A stretch of 64,000 nt of DNA, taken from a virus. The position numbers were made by a program, and so were the translations under genes. This document shows, in pieces, positions 9,446 to 18,070 of the stretch. The notes beneath the pieces were generated by a model that searched no databases, was not told where the DNA came from, and was given only the letters and a program-made list of their open reading frames with translations. Location: positions 78,705 through 142,704 of IMG/VR virus record IMGVR_UViG_3300025009_000054. One strand, given 5' to 3'. Position 1 is the stretch's first letter. Each line of letters starts with the position of its first letter.

Positions 9446-10717
9446 TTATCTCCCTCCATCTGTGAACTCAATCAGGTATTTTGGATTTATCTGATCAGTT
9501 CTATACACAATCCACTCATTGTTCATTACTCCAGACTTATTTGCTTTCGCAAAAGTGGAGTCATGCCCACTCTTTGGTAGATTCTCGCCATAGTTATTTG
9601 GTACGTAATATTTGCCCATTGCCACATCACAAAGGAACATATAGCATGAGCTACTTCTAGTACCAGACCAATACCCATCTGAGTAATTCAACGCTTTGGT
9701 TGATTGGTCTGATGTATATATGCCATTGCCAAACATACGCCCAGTACAATATGGAGCATTACTTGGTGGGATAATAAAACCTTTTTGCATAATACTTAAT
9801 AGATTTCCAGACCTAGTACCATGCCATCCATCCCATATATTAGGTAGATTTGCTCCATAATTGGCAAAAGCATTCGACATGGATGCTATCTCAACCTTAA
9901 ATACCTTATGTGGACGAAGTCTAGAGCTTGAATGCATACTTTGTTGGGTAGATACATAGAGCTTTGTTATACGATCGATAACACTCTTGTCAGTAACTAA
10001 ACTTAATGATACCTCAAATAATTTTGGCTCTTCATTAGGTTCATTACCACTAGATACTACCATCTGAACAGATGACTCAAGAGAATCTAAAATACTATTT
10101 TGCTTTTGAATAGCATCAATATTTGGATATAGGTACTTAAGATTGGGTTTCCTCATACCTATATTCTGTGGGATAAGTTGTAGGTACTCGTTAACAGAAT
10201 CTATGAACGAAGGTGATTCATAATCATTGACTATCACATATTTACTTATACTATCAAGTAATAATCTGGCACATGAAATAGCCTCTGCCGTAACTACTCC
10301 AAGCGGTGTAGAATATGTGCCACGGCTTTCATCGTACTGTATTGTGGTATTGGAGAGGATGTTATGTCGATTTACACTGACAAGATACGAAACCAAATCT
10401 CTGGTTTCGTTATTATCTGTTTGTATCTGTCCTGTTGCCACTTGCGCCAGTCTTCCTGACGTAACTGTTTTACCGCTCTCCGTAGAGGTACCCCGTATAG
10501 TTTGCGTCGCCTTGTAACCATGGGATCCCTTCTCAATGACCTTTTGGTCATAGAAACCTTTGCCATGGCCAATGACTTTTCTTTGGCCACTATATCCGAC
10601 ACGGCCCCAGTGAGTTTCTACTGCACCGTCGTCATATAAATAAATAGACCAAAACTTATTATTGTTTTCACTAACATCTGCCTTATTAAAATGACGCTCT
10701 TCCACTATATTTGCCAT
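9446..10717 (-). CDS. Poly(ADP-ribose) polymerase-family protein (WGR + helical regulatory + catalytic domains)
   Basis: WGR: NNNKFW...HWGRVG; helical domain PLG...YLQLIPQ; catalytic WHGTR, GRMFGNGIY, KALNYS, FLCDVAMG, NNEWIVY, QINPKYL. Confidence 0.93.
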   Translation of the reverse strand: MANIVEERHFNKADVSENNNKFWSIYLYDDGAVETHWGRVGYSGQRKVIGHGKGFYDQKVIEKGSHGYKATQTIRGTSTESGKTVTSGRLAQVATGQIQTDNNETRDLVSYLVSVNRHNILSNTTIQYDESRGTYSTPLGVVTAEAISCARLLLDSISKYVIVNDYESPSFIDSVNEYLQLIPQNIGMRKPNLKYLYPNIDAIQKQNSILDSLESSVQMVVSSGNEPNEEPKLFEVSLSLVTDKSVIDRITKLYVSTQQSMHSSSRLRPHKVFKVEIASMSNAFANYGANLPNIWDGWHGTRSGNLLSIMQKGFIIPPSNAPYCTGRMFGNGIYTSDQSTKALNYSDGYWSGTRSSSCYMFLCDVAMGKYYVPNNYGENLPKSGHDSTFAKANKSGVMNNEWIVYRTDQINPKYLIEFTDGGR

Positions 10718-10814
10718 ACCGATAACTCCGTTTCCGCCCCTACAGGGCTACATGAGTTGTACATCGAACAAGCTAATTGCGTGATCACTATAAAACGGAT
10801 ATGCCCAAAGAAGT

Positions 10815-11204
10815 CTATGTCAAGCTTGACTCTAAAGCATGCTTATCATCCTGAGCAGATGTAGAGCCAGCTCCCATACCACCCTTGTCTGGATCACTAG
10901 CCCAATCACGCTTAAATACCTCTGTTGATACTTCGGTAATCGCGTCCTGCAAATCTATGCCCTCGGCACTACAATACCCAGCTAGAAATACTATAACATC
11001 AGCAACAGCGTCTCTAGCCTTTGATAGATATGTCTCTCTTGTCATGCCACGTATACCCTGAACACTCTTTAGATGCGCGTGTGCTAATTCACCTATTTCC
11101 TCTACGGCTCCAAGTAGACAGTGATACGGCACTTGCTCACCAAAATTCCTATCAGACCACTCCTTTTGATTTCTCTGTAATTCTCGAAATGTTAGCTCAC
11201 TCAC
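10815..11204 (-). CDS. MazG-like nucleotide pyrophosphohydrolase (MazZ candidate)
   Basis: ELQ...W..RNF, EEIGELA, DAVADVIVFL, GIDL, KRDW: single-domain all-alpha NTP-PPase. Confidence 0.85.
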   Translation of the reverse strand: MSELTFRELQRNQKEWSDRNFGEQVPYHCLLGAVEEIGELAHAHLKSVQGIRGMTRETYLSKARDAVADVIVFLAGYCSAEGIDLQDAITEVSTEVFKRDWASDPDKGGMGAGSTSAQDDKHALESSLT

Positions 11205-14137
11205 AGTGATAGTACCTCATACCCTTCATCAGTCGCGTATTTTACCCTATTTCTATGATGCTTCGATAGATACCTACAATTCATATCGGCAATGTCAAGA
11301 ACAAGACCATTCTTCTTATCAGGTCTATTTGGATCTTTCCTCATGACACGACCAACACGCTGTATATACATGCCACGCTCAGCACCATCAACCACCACAA
11401 TTAAGTCTAAACTAGGAACATCAACACCCTCATTAATGAGTGTAGTTATCATGCATTTAAGCTCACGGCTCTTAAGTTTAGTAAATGCACGTTTTCTATC
11501 GCCTTTACTATCACTACTAATAAGCAAGATAGCACCAGGTATTAGGGGTAGTAAATTTTTACCATGCTCCACTTTACTAATAGCTATAGCTACAGTAGAT
11601 CCACTATCCATAGCACGTATTACACTATCGGCTATCATTTGGTTACGTTCTGCATTGTCTATAATGAGTTGTCTATAGACATCGTTATATGATATGTCAA
11701 TTTCCTTACGACATTTTGGACAATAACCTTTGTGGCCTACGAACGATGCTGAGAATTCGATTACATTACCACATTTGCCCTTACCGACCTTAGTTGGGCA
11801 TATAACCTTAATAATATTTTTAGAATGATCAAATTTCTCGCACCTGATAATGGGCGGGACCAATATTCCAGCATCTATAATCTCTTTTGGACGTGCCATA
11901 TACAGCATCCTCGGAAGAGCCGCTTCAATAAGCAGGTCTGTGTCATCGTCACGGTAAGGCGTCGCTGAGTTATGTACTAATACCCCATTAGCCACAAACG
12001 ATGGATGCCCATCCATTTCTAAATCATATACATAGTCGATACTATCAAATACTGATAGTCCAGTATCCTTGATTTGCACCTCATTAAATGAGTAGTTACT
12101 ATGGCAATATTTTGATCTTGTACCGCTACGACCATTATTCTTACCATTCATAGCATTAGTAGACCATGTTACTATATATGACGGATGTTTACCGATAATT
12201 TTCCTACCATACACAGTTCCACCATCACGTGGTCCGGATTTTGGTGATGTAGATCCCGAAACACCTATACTACGAAGCAAACACAGAATATCCATAACTA
12301 ACTTATAGGATGTCGTGGTGTAATAACACCTTTTGCGATTTCTCGATCTTTCTGCACTATGACCATCAGAATCTATTAATCCATTTAATAATTGACGTCT
12401 AGACTGATATGACCATGAAAAAAGACACTCACCTGGTATATGCTTCGTTAAATGGTTTACCTTACCAAAATACGATTGGAATATATCGACTAATATAGCA
12501 CTATTTATCTCTACCTGGGTAGATCCATCTCGTTTATCAAGTGTTAGATTACAATGTAGCCATGACATACTATTCACTTTACTGATAAATGCATCAACAT
12601 CTTCACTACATATCGAAAAACACAATTGATTTGTATCTATCCAACCATCTCCAATAAAATAGCCCATAATATATGCTAAATCTACAGTTGGAATGTACGC
12701 ATCCACCCACCCACCATGTGAATTACCAGAATAGATCCTAGTTGGTTTTGGCAATATATTTTTATGTTGTTTATATATACTTAACGACAAATAGTGTCCA
12801 TACTGACCACGATTCCTAAACCTAAACCATGCTTTTGGGTCCAAATTTAATGCTCGACGATTAGTACTCGTCAAATCAACACATACTAGGGTTCCTGAGT
12901 CATCAGCTCTATCTGACGCGTCGATCATATCAATACCACGATCACACCAATCTATTCCATCATCTCCAATTAATACATCACCAATAATCAAATCCTGGGC
13001 TGATGCTTCAGACACTATAACCTGATGTTTGGTATCTCCAATATTTCTACCACCAGGTACTATCTTATATATGGAATGATCATTCGTCGTATTTAGCCAA
13101 GTTCCGTATACACGTACACCTGGTAGCTCACTAGATGCCGGTACATGCCTAATAAAATTTTTGATAGGTTTCCATGCAAACTTATCACCAGTCCAACCAC
13201 GTGACATTATGCCCTGACCAGATACATCTATAATCTCATATCCATCAGATGTTATATGTGATGCCATGTCAGTACAAGAAGCAATATAGAAAGCATCTGC
13301 GATTTTACAATGTTGTCCAGTCCCAAAAGGACCACCAATAAGCTCTACATACGATTCGCTATGAACTGATAAACCTACGCGTACGTCGGCCTCGGAAAAG
13401 GCTCCGAAGGTATCGAAAACTGTCTGGGCTCGTAGGTGGTGCATTTCATCGCAAAACACGACTCTCGTGTTTTTAATCATATTCTTAAGGTCATTTGTCC
13501 GATAATCGTCCTTTGAACTCATGATCTTACCAATAGTCTGCAATGTCGCAACAGTCACCACATTAGGTTCAAATACAGTATCACCAACTATTCCAATACC
13601 GGTACTCGGTAAATACTCCTTAAATGATTCATATGTCTGATATAAGAGCTCTATATTATGTACCAGAAACACTGATGGAACACCCATTTCAGCTATGGCG
13701 TGAGCGGCAAGTAGTGTCTTACCAGACCCAGTAGGGAGACATATCACGCCACATTTCTTCTCAAGTATTGCTTGACACGCGGCCTTCTGATAATCTCTAG
13801 GATCTCTATTGGGTGTCCAATCGAACTTATCCTCATACCCCTTCTGAATACGATGGTCAATAATATCAATCTTAATATCTGGTCTAGCCTTAGATATAGC
13901 CCATTTTACTCTATCGACAAGTCCTGTTGGAAATTCATATGTGTCAGAGTTAAAAACTGATACAATGCCCGACATATTCTTTTGTGCCCATTTAGACCTA
14001 TGTTTAAACCCAGGATCCTTATATGAGCACACTGAGCACGCATGGCCTACAGCATTTATTGGGTCGTAATCGCACTCTTCAATAATTATTTTACTATACG
14101 CAGACCTTACATCTATTTTCATTACTGGTTTCCCCAT
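11201..14137 (-). CDS. SF2 DNA helicase (UvsW/XPB-like) interrupted by an intein
   Basis: Q motif PRDYQ, LPTGSGKT, DEMHH, motif III GL|SATP split by the intein, EGVDVP, QRVGRVMR; extra CxxC-type zinc ribbon in the C-extein. Confidence 0.92.
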   Translation of the reverse strand: MGKPVMKIDVRSAYSKIIIEECDYDPINAVGHACSVCSYKDPGFKHRSKWAQKNMSGIVSVFNSDTYEFPTGLVDRVKWAISKARPDIKIDIIDHRIQKGYEDKFDWTPNRDPRDYQKAACQAILEKKCGVICLPTGSGKTLLAAHAIAEMGVPSVFLVHNIELLYQTYESFKEYLPSTGIGIVGDTVFEPNVVTVATLQTIGKIMSSKDDYRTNDLKNMIKNTRVVFCDEMHHLRAQTVFDTFGAFSEADVRVGLSVHSESYVELIGGPFGTGQHCKIADAFYIASCTDMASHITSDGYEIIDVSGQGIMSRGWTGDKFAWKPIKNFIRHVPASSELPGVRVYGTWLNTTNDHSIYKIVPGGRNIGDTKHQVIVSEASAQDLIIGDVLIGDDGIDWCDRGIDMIDASDRADDSGTLVCVDLTSTNRRALNLDPKAWFRFRNRGQYGHYLSLSIYKQHKNILPKPTRIYSGNSHGGWVDAYIPTVDLAYIMGYFIGDGWIDTNQLCFSICSEDVDAFISKVNSMSWLHCNLTLDKRDGSTQVEINSAILVDIFQSYFGKVNHLTKHIPGECLFSWSYQSRRQLLNGLIDSDGHSAERSRNRKRCYYTTTSYKLVMDILCLLRSIGVSGSTSPKSGPRDGGTVYGRKIIGKHPSYIVTWSTNAMNGKNNGRSGTRSKYCHSNYSFNEVQIKDTGLSVFDSIDYVYDLEMDGHPSFVANGVLVHNSATPYRDDDTDLLIEAALPRMLYMARPKEIIDAGILVPPIIRCEKFDHSKNIIKVICPTKVGKGKCGNVIEFSASFVGHKGYCPKCRKEIDISYNDVYRQLIIDNAERNQMIADSVIRAMDSGSTVAIAISKVEHGKNLLPLIPGAILLISSDSKGDRKRAFTKLKSRELKCMITTLINEGVDVPSLDLIVVVDGAERGMYIQRVGRVMRKDPNRPDKKNGLVLDIADMNCRYLSKHHRNRVKYATDEGYEVLSL
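11969..13369 (-). mobile_element. Intein (467 aa) with LAGLIDADG homing endonuclease in helicase motif III
   Basis: Begins SVHSESYV (Ser1), block B TTNDHS, IMGYFIGDG and LLNGLIDSDG, ends YVYDLEM...NGVLVHN followed by Ser+1; removal restores GLSATP. Confidence 0.92.
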
Positions 14138-14469
14138 TTCTTAGAACCAGTCATTGATAGCTCTGGTTCGCGTAAACTACCGCGCCTCGACGTAACATCG
14201 TATAAAAACTTTATGGAGTGCATTACTTCTCTTAAGTAATCACGTTTTGTAATTTGATCTTTACTACCATGATCACGTACCGAATGATCAAGTCTAGACC
14301 ACAAACCAACAACATATGAGTAATATGATGGTAACACCATAAACATTTTATCTACTTCATCACCAGGCACTACTGAGGGTACAGACATTCTATGATATGG
14401 TTCTATCGATTCAAATAGTTCCTCATAGGACACGCTCTCAACATTGTACACTGATATTTCTATTGACAT
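14122..14469 (-). CDS. Hypothetical helical protein (possible UvsY-like recombination mediator)
   Basis: GGAGG RBS before ATG 14469. The ORF is solid; the function is inferred only from size and position between RecA and the helicase. Confidence 0.45.
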   Translation of the reverse strand: MSIEISVYNVESVSYEELFESIEPYHRMSVPSVVPGDEVDKMFMVLPSYYSYVVGLWSRLDHSVRDHGSKDQITKRDYLREVMHSIKFLYDVTSRRGSLREPELSMTGSKKWGNQ

Positions 14470-14485
14470 ATCTGTACCCTCCAAA

Positions 14486-15298
14486 TCATACGCCATATAA
14501 ATCTAGATTTATAATCGCGTTTTTATATGTAGCCTCTACTAAGTCATTTCCTGTATAGTTTCTCCCCTCTTGTAACGAAGCTATACCCATACTAGCAGTA
14601 CCACAAAATGGATCTATTATGGTCTGTCCAGGGTCTGTATATGTAAGAACTAACCTTCTACATATCTCAATTGGTAACTGGTTTAGGCCAAGACGAGGGC
14701 TCCCCTTCTTATGAAATGATCTAGATATGGTACTACATATATCGGAGATCAATCTACCACCAGGATTCCTCTTATCCTCTTTACCACCATAATCAGATAG
14801 ATACTTCTTACAATGTCTACATACTACATGGGGTTCACGTATGCGATGAAACGTCGACTCATATTCACTGAACCTATCATTCGGCATCCTACGCTTTCTA
14901 AGGACTAAGAACGCATAATGCCTAGGATATAGACCATACTTTTTGGGTCGAGCCCCACTAGGTGCATCCCAAGCTATCCAATGTGCGAACTCTATCCAAT
15001 GATTTGTGCATATCTGCGCACCAGCCATCATAGTCTCATATGGCATGTGATGTAGTATGATCCATCCACCTGGCTTCACAGCAACAGCAGCATCTTCAAC
15101 CCAACGATAGAGTTTTGATAAGTATATCCCATTATCTATACTGTCATTGACACTATCACCATACTGTACGTCTAAATTGAATGGTGGATCAAGAAATACC
15201 ATATCTGGCCTATTATTGCGACTAAGGATTGACTTTATAAAATCGTTATATTCCTTATTATGCATTTCATACGGCATTATTAGATATCCTTTAACCAT
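14486..15298 (-). CDS. Amino (N4-C/N6-A) DNA methyltransferase, beta-class order
   Basis: Catalytic DPPF N-terminal, SAM-binding DPFCGTAS C-terminal, internal CRHC. Confidence 0.88.
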   Translation of the reverse strand: MVKGYLIMPYEMHNKEYNDFIKSILSRNNRPDMVFLDPPFNLDVQYGDSVNDSIDNGIYLSKLYRWVEDAAVAVKPGGWIILHHMPYETMMAGAQICTNHWIEFAHWIAWDAPSGARPKKYGLYPRHYAFLVLRKRRMPNDRFSEYESTFHRIREPHVVCRHCKKYLSDYGGKEDKRNPGGRLISDICSTISRSFHKKGSPRLGLNQLPIEICRRLVLTYTDPGQTIIDPFCGTASMGIASLQEGRNYTGNDLVEATYKNAIINLDLYGV

Positions 15299-15585
15299 GA
15301 CATAACATCGTCAGCTATATTATCGCCACGGAATACCTTCACAATAACATCTACGTCCCAACCAAATTTCTTTATAGTCTCATTAATAACATTGTCGTGA
15401 ATATTATCATAAACTACTCCCCACATATCGCTTGGACCCATATCAACCATCGGCTTCGCTACAAAACCGATAGCCATCATCACTAACTGGTCAATCAAAT
15501 GTAAAGTCTTTTCACTTGAATCGAGCATTACTATCGATTTATTATCATCATATTTCTGTATCGTTATCTTCATGGCATACTCCAT
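15280..15585 (-). CDS. Hypothetical protein
   Basis: About 100-aa ORF overlapping the methyltransferase start. Confidence 0.55.
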   Translation of the reverse strand: MEYAMKITIQKYDDNKSIVMLDSSEKTLHLIDQLVMMAIGFVAKPMVDMGPSDMWGVVYDNIHDNVINETIKKFGWDVDVIVKVFRGDNIADDVMSWLKDI

Positions 15586-15594
15586 ACAAAATTA

Positions 15595-15660
15595 AAGCCG
15601 TACCCATACTATAAAGAGGAAGAGGAATGACCTCCTAACTCTACGCATTGGGTACGGCTT
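15595..15660. repeat. 12-bp perfect inverted repeat enclosing an internal SD/anti-SD-like pair; possible terminator or structured RNA
   Basis: AAGCCGTACCCA (15595-15606) / TGGGTACGGCTT (15649-15660); followed by TAATTTTG on the minus strand. Confidence 0.6.
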
Positions 15661-15696
15661 CATGGTATAATAAGCTACCACACCAATATAACTAAA

Positions 15697-15843
15697 TCAT
15701 TGGTTTTCGATAAACTTAGCGTATTGCAGTATCATCGATGCAGCATTAAGTCGATCTTGATCAGATGTCGGTATTGTTCCATTAACTAATTTCTGCAGAT
15801 ATTCTATTGATTCACCAACAGCAGTAGCAAGGTTCTTATTCAT
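15697..15843 (-). CDS. Small hypothetical protein (48 aa), below the ORF-track cutoff
   Basis: GGGAG RBS, MNKNLATAVGESIEYLQKLVNG...YAKFIENQ*; fills the gap after the HNH gene. Confidence 0.65.
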   Translation of the reverse strand: MNKNLATAVGESIEYLQKLVNGTIPTSDQDRLNAASMILQYAKFIENQ

Positions 15844-15854
15844 TCTGACACTCC

Positions 15855-16505
15855 CTACTCAGATTTATCTGTAACATATCCAGCGCGGTTTCTATGAACG
15901 CCCTCTGAACAGTTACAGTTCCAACAAAGCACTCTTAATCCTAAATTATCTGGGTATCCATTATTGCGCAACCATCGATAAAACTTCTCACCACCACGCT
16001 TACCATTAATATTAGAGTGTATAATACCATCTTTATATGAGTGGTCTATTGTTAAAAACAATAGATTAGTCTCATGACAGACTACGCATTCGCTTCCATA
16101 ATGAGATATGGCGTCGTACTTCAAACGACGTGAGTATTTCGTATAGTAATTGCTAGACTCAACTATGCCATTATGAGGACATTGCCCACTATTAATAGAT
16201 CTCCCAGAGTTACAATTCCAACACAATAATCTATAACAAGTTGGATATCCATCACGGACTATCTGACGATACAAAGCATGAGTATTTCCAGCTTCCCTAA
16301 GATGTGCTTTACCACCACCATCAATATGATCTAAAGTTAGGAAATCAATATTACTGATACCACAACATGAACATTTACCACCATAATGCTCAATAATCAA
16401 TATGCGGGCTTTCTCTCTGTATCTACGTTTTATAGATTTAATGACATCTGGATGTGACTGGCGATACTCAGCATTCATAACTTTACGCTGTTCTTTACTT
16501 ACCAT
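15855..16505 (-). CDS. Free-standing HNH endonuclease with two tandem HNH domains
   Basis: Two copies of HYG..CxxC...FLT(L/I)DH...R(L/V)LCWNCN. Confidence 0.88.
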   Translation of the reverse strand: MVSKEQRKVMNAEYRQSHPDVIKSIKRRYREKARILIIEHYGGKCSCCGISNIDFLTLDHIDGGGKAHLREAGNTHALYRQIVRDGYPTCYRLLCWNCNSGRSINSGQCPHNGIVESSNYYTKYSRRLKYDAISHYGSECVVCHETNLLFLTIDHSYKDGIIHSNINGKRGGEKFYRWLRNNGYPDNLGLRVLCWNCNCSEGVHRNRAGYVTDKSE

Positions 16506-17010
16506 CTAATAGTCCAGCCATTTTACACATCGTTACCCAATCGGACATTTGCATAACAACAAATCTATTAGTATCTCCCTTGATATGAAAACCCATCCAC
16601 GGAATCTTAGGCGGGCTACACTCGCCTGCATCTCTTATTATATCGTCTAAATCTTTTCTTGGTAACACAATATTCTTCTGCACTACACTATGTGGAGTAA
16701 TATCTTTACACTCACCAAGTAATTTGTTACTAACAATATCACCTTTACCGAACTCTTTACTACTACCGGAGTATGGTACTCGATCAGAACCTGTAGCCTT
16801 AGCAAATGCTTTTTCATTTGCCTTACCACGTGCGCGGTTTCTACGGTTTCGCTTTATACGCTCAAATTTGTCAACACGTGCCTTTTCTAGTATATCGGCT
16901 TTCGCAGTATCTGTAAGCGTATCAAGCACTAACTTATATTTATCAAGAGCCTTCGTCTGTTCCGCTGGAGTTAGTATTGTGTTCTCCAGAGTCACCTTCT
17001 TTGATCTCAC
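16495..17010 (-). CDS. PD-(D/E)xK nuclease, Holliday-junction-resolvase-like
   Basis: GKANEKAFA...RVPYSGS...GDIV...GECKD; directly downstream of RecA. Confidence 0.65.
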   Translation of the reverse strand: MRSKKVTLENTILTPAEQTKALDKYKLVLDTLTDTAKADILEKARVDKFERIKRNRRNRARGKANEKAFAKATGSDRVPYSGSSKEFGKGDIVSNKLLGECKDITPHSVVQKNIVLPRKDLDDIIRDAGECSPPKIPWMGFHIKGDTNRFVVMQMSDWVTMCKMAGLLDGK

Positions 17011-17989
17011 TTGGCATACCAGCTTTCTGTCTTACAACGGCTATTAAATCCATAATATGCTGACAAAACACTGGATCTGATCTTAACGCAACATCTATAG
17101 CCTTCTTACCATTCCACTTTTTGTCAGTGTTAGCAAGGTAAAACCACGACGACACTTGCGTTATAATATTAAGCGAGATTGCCTCTTCGATTAGATTACC
17201 AATTATATCTATACCAGAATCAAATCTAAAGTCATACTCACCCTTGCCATACGGTGGAGCAACTGATGATTTCTCAACAATAACTCTAACTCTGTGACCT
17301 ACAACATCATCGCCCAATTTGATCTGTTCAAGTCTTTTTAGTTCTAGTCTAAGCGATGCCCAGAATTTGAGAGCCCTTCCACCGGCTGTATCTTCATTTT
17401 TACCGAACATAACCATTGGCTTAGAACGCTTCTGGTTGATAAATACTACTATACACTTCTTTTCGGCAACCTTCGGACCAATCTTCCTTAGTGCCTCAGC
17501 CATAAGTTTCGAAGTTGGTGCGATGTGGGTATCACCAATATCACCCTTAGCTTCATCTTCTGTTACAAGAGCAGCTACACTATCTAGAACGATAAAATCG
17601 AAAATATCCGCATCGATAGCATCTTCAAGTATCTGTAATGCCTCTTCACCAACCATCGGACGTGCATATACAAGTCGATCCGGATCCATTCCTAGCATCA
17701 ATGCGAATGCACCCCAGAATCTACGTTCCATATCTATCCACAGAACGTTACCACAAACATTTTTCTGTATAGACGCACCCCATACCATAGCTAAAGCTGA
17801 TTTTCCGACAGCCTCATCTCCAAATATCTCTACAATAATGCCACGCGGTGCACCACCAAGCTTGATAGCTTTATCGAGTGCTGGTATTCCTGTGGATATA
17901 ACTTCTCCAGGTGGTGGGACCTCTGTACCAACTCTACCTGGGTGTTTTTTACTCTGGGATGTTATAAAATCAGTAAGGGGACCTGCCAT
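16943..17989 (-). CDS. recA: RecA/UvsX recombinase
   Basis: ISTGIPALD, GIIVEIFGDEAVGKS, IDME, LDSVAAL, FINQ, GGRALKFWASLRL, VAPPY. Confidence 0.96.
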   Translation of the reverse strand: MAGPLTDFITSQSKKHPGRVGTEVPPPGEVISTGIPALDKAIKLGGAPRGIIVEIFGDEAVGKSALAMVWGASIQKNVCGNVLWIDMERRFWGAFALMLGMDPDRLVYARPMVGEEALQILEDAIDADIFDFIVLDSVAALVTEDEAKGDIGDTHIAPTSKLMAEALRKIGPKVAEKKCIVVFINQKRSKPMVMFGKNEDTAGGRALKFWASLRLELKRLEQIKLGDDVVGHRVRVIVEKSSVAPPYGKGEYDFRFDSGIDIIGNLIEEAISLNIITQVSSWFYLANTDKKWNGKKAIDVALRSDPVFCQHIMDLIAVVRQKAGMPSEIKEGDSGEHNTNSSGTDEGS

Positions 17990-18017
17990 GTTGGGGGATT
18001 ACCTCCGATATTAATGG

Positions 18018-18051
18018 ATGTGGGGGTACCACATGCACCGGCACCCCACAT
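18018..18051 (-). terminator. GC-rich hairpin between SSB and recA (terminator or processing site)
   Basis: ATGTGGGG(G)TACC ... GGCACCCCACAT imperfect inverted repeat; no clear U-tract. Confidence 0.4.
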
Positions 18052-18070
18052 TCCCGCGTCTGACTAGTCG

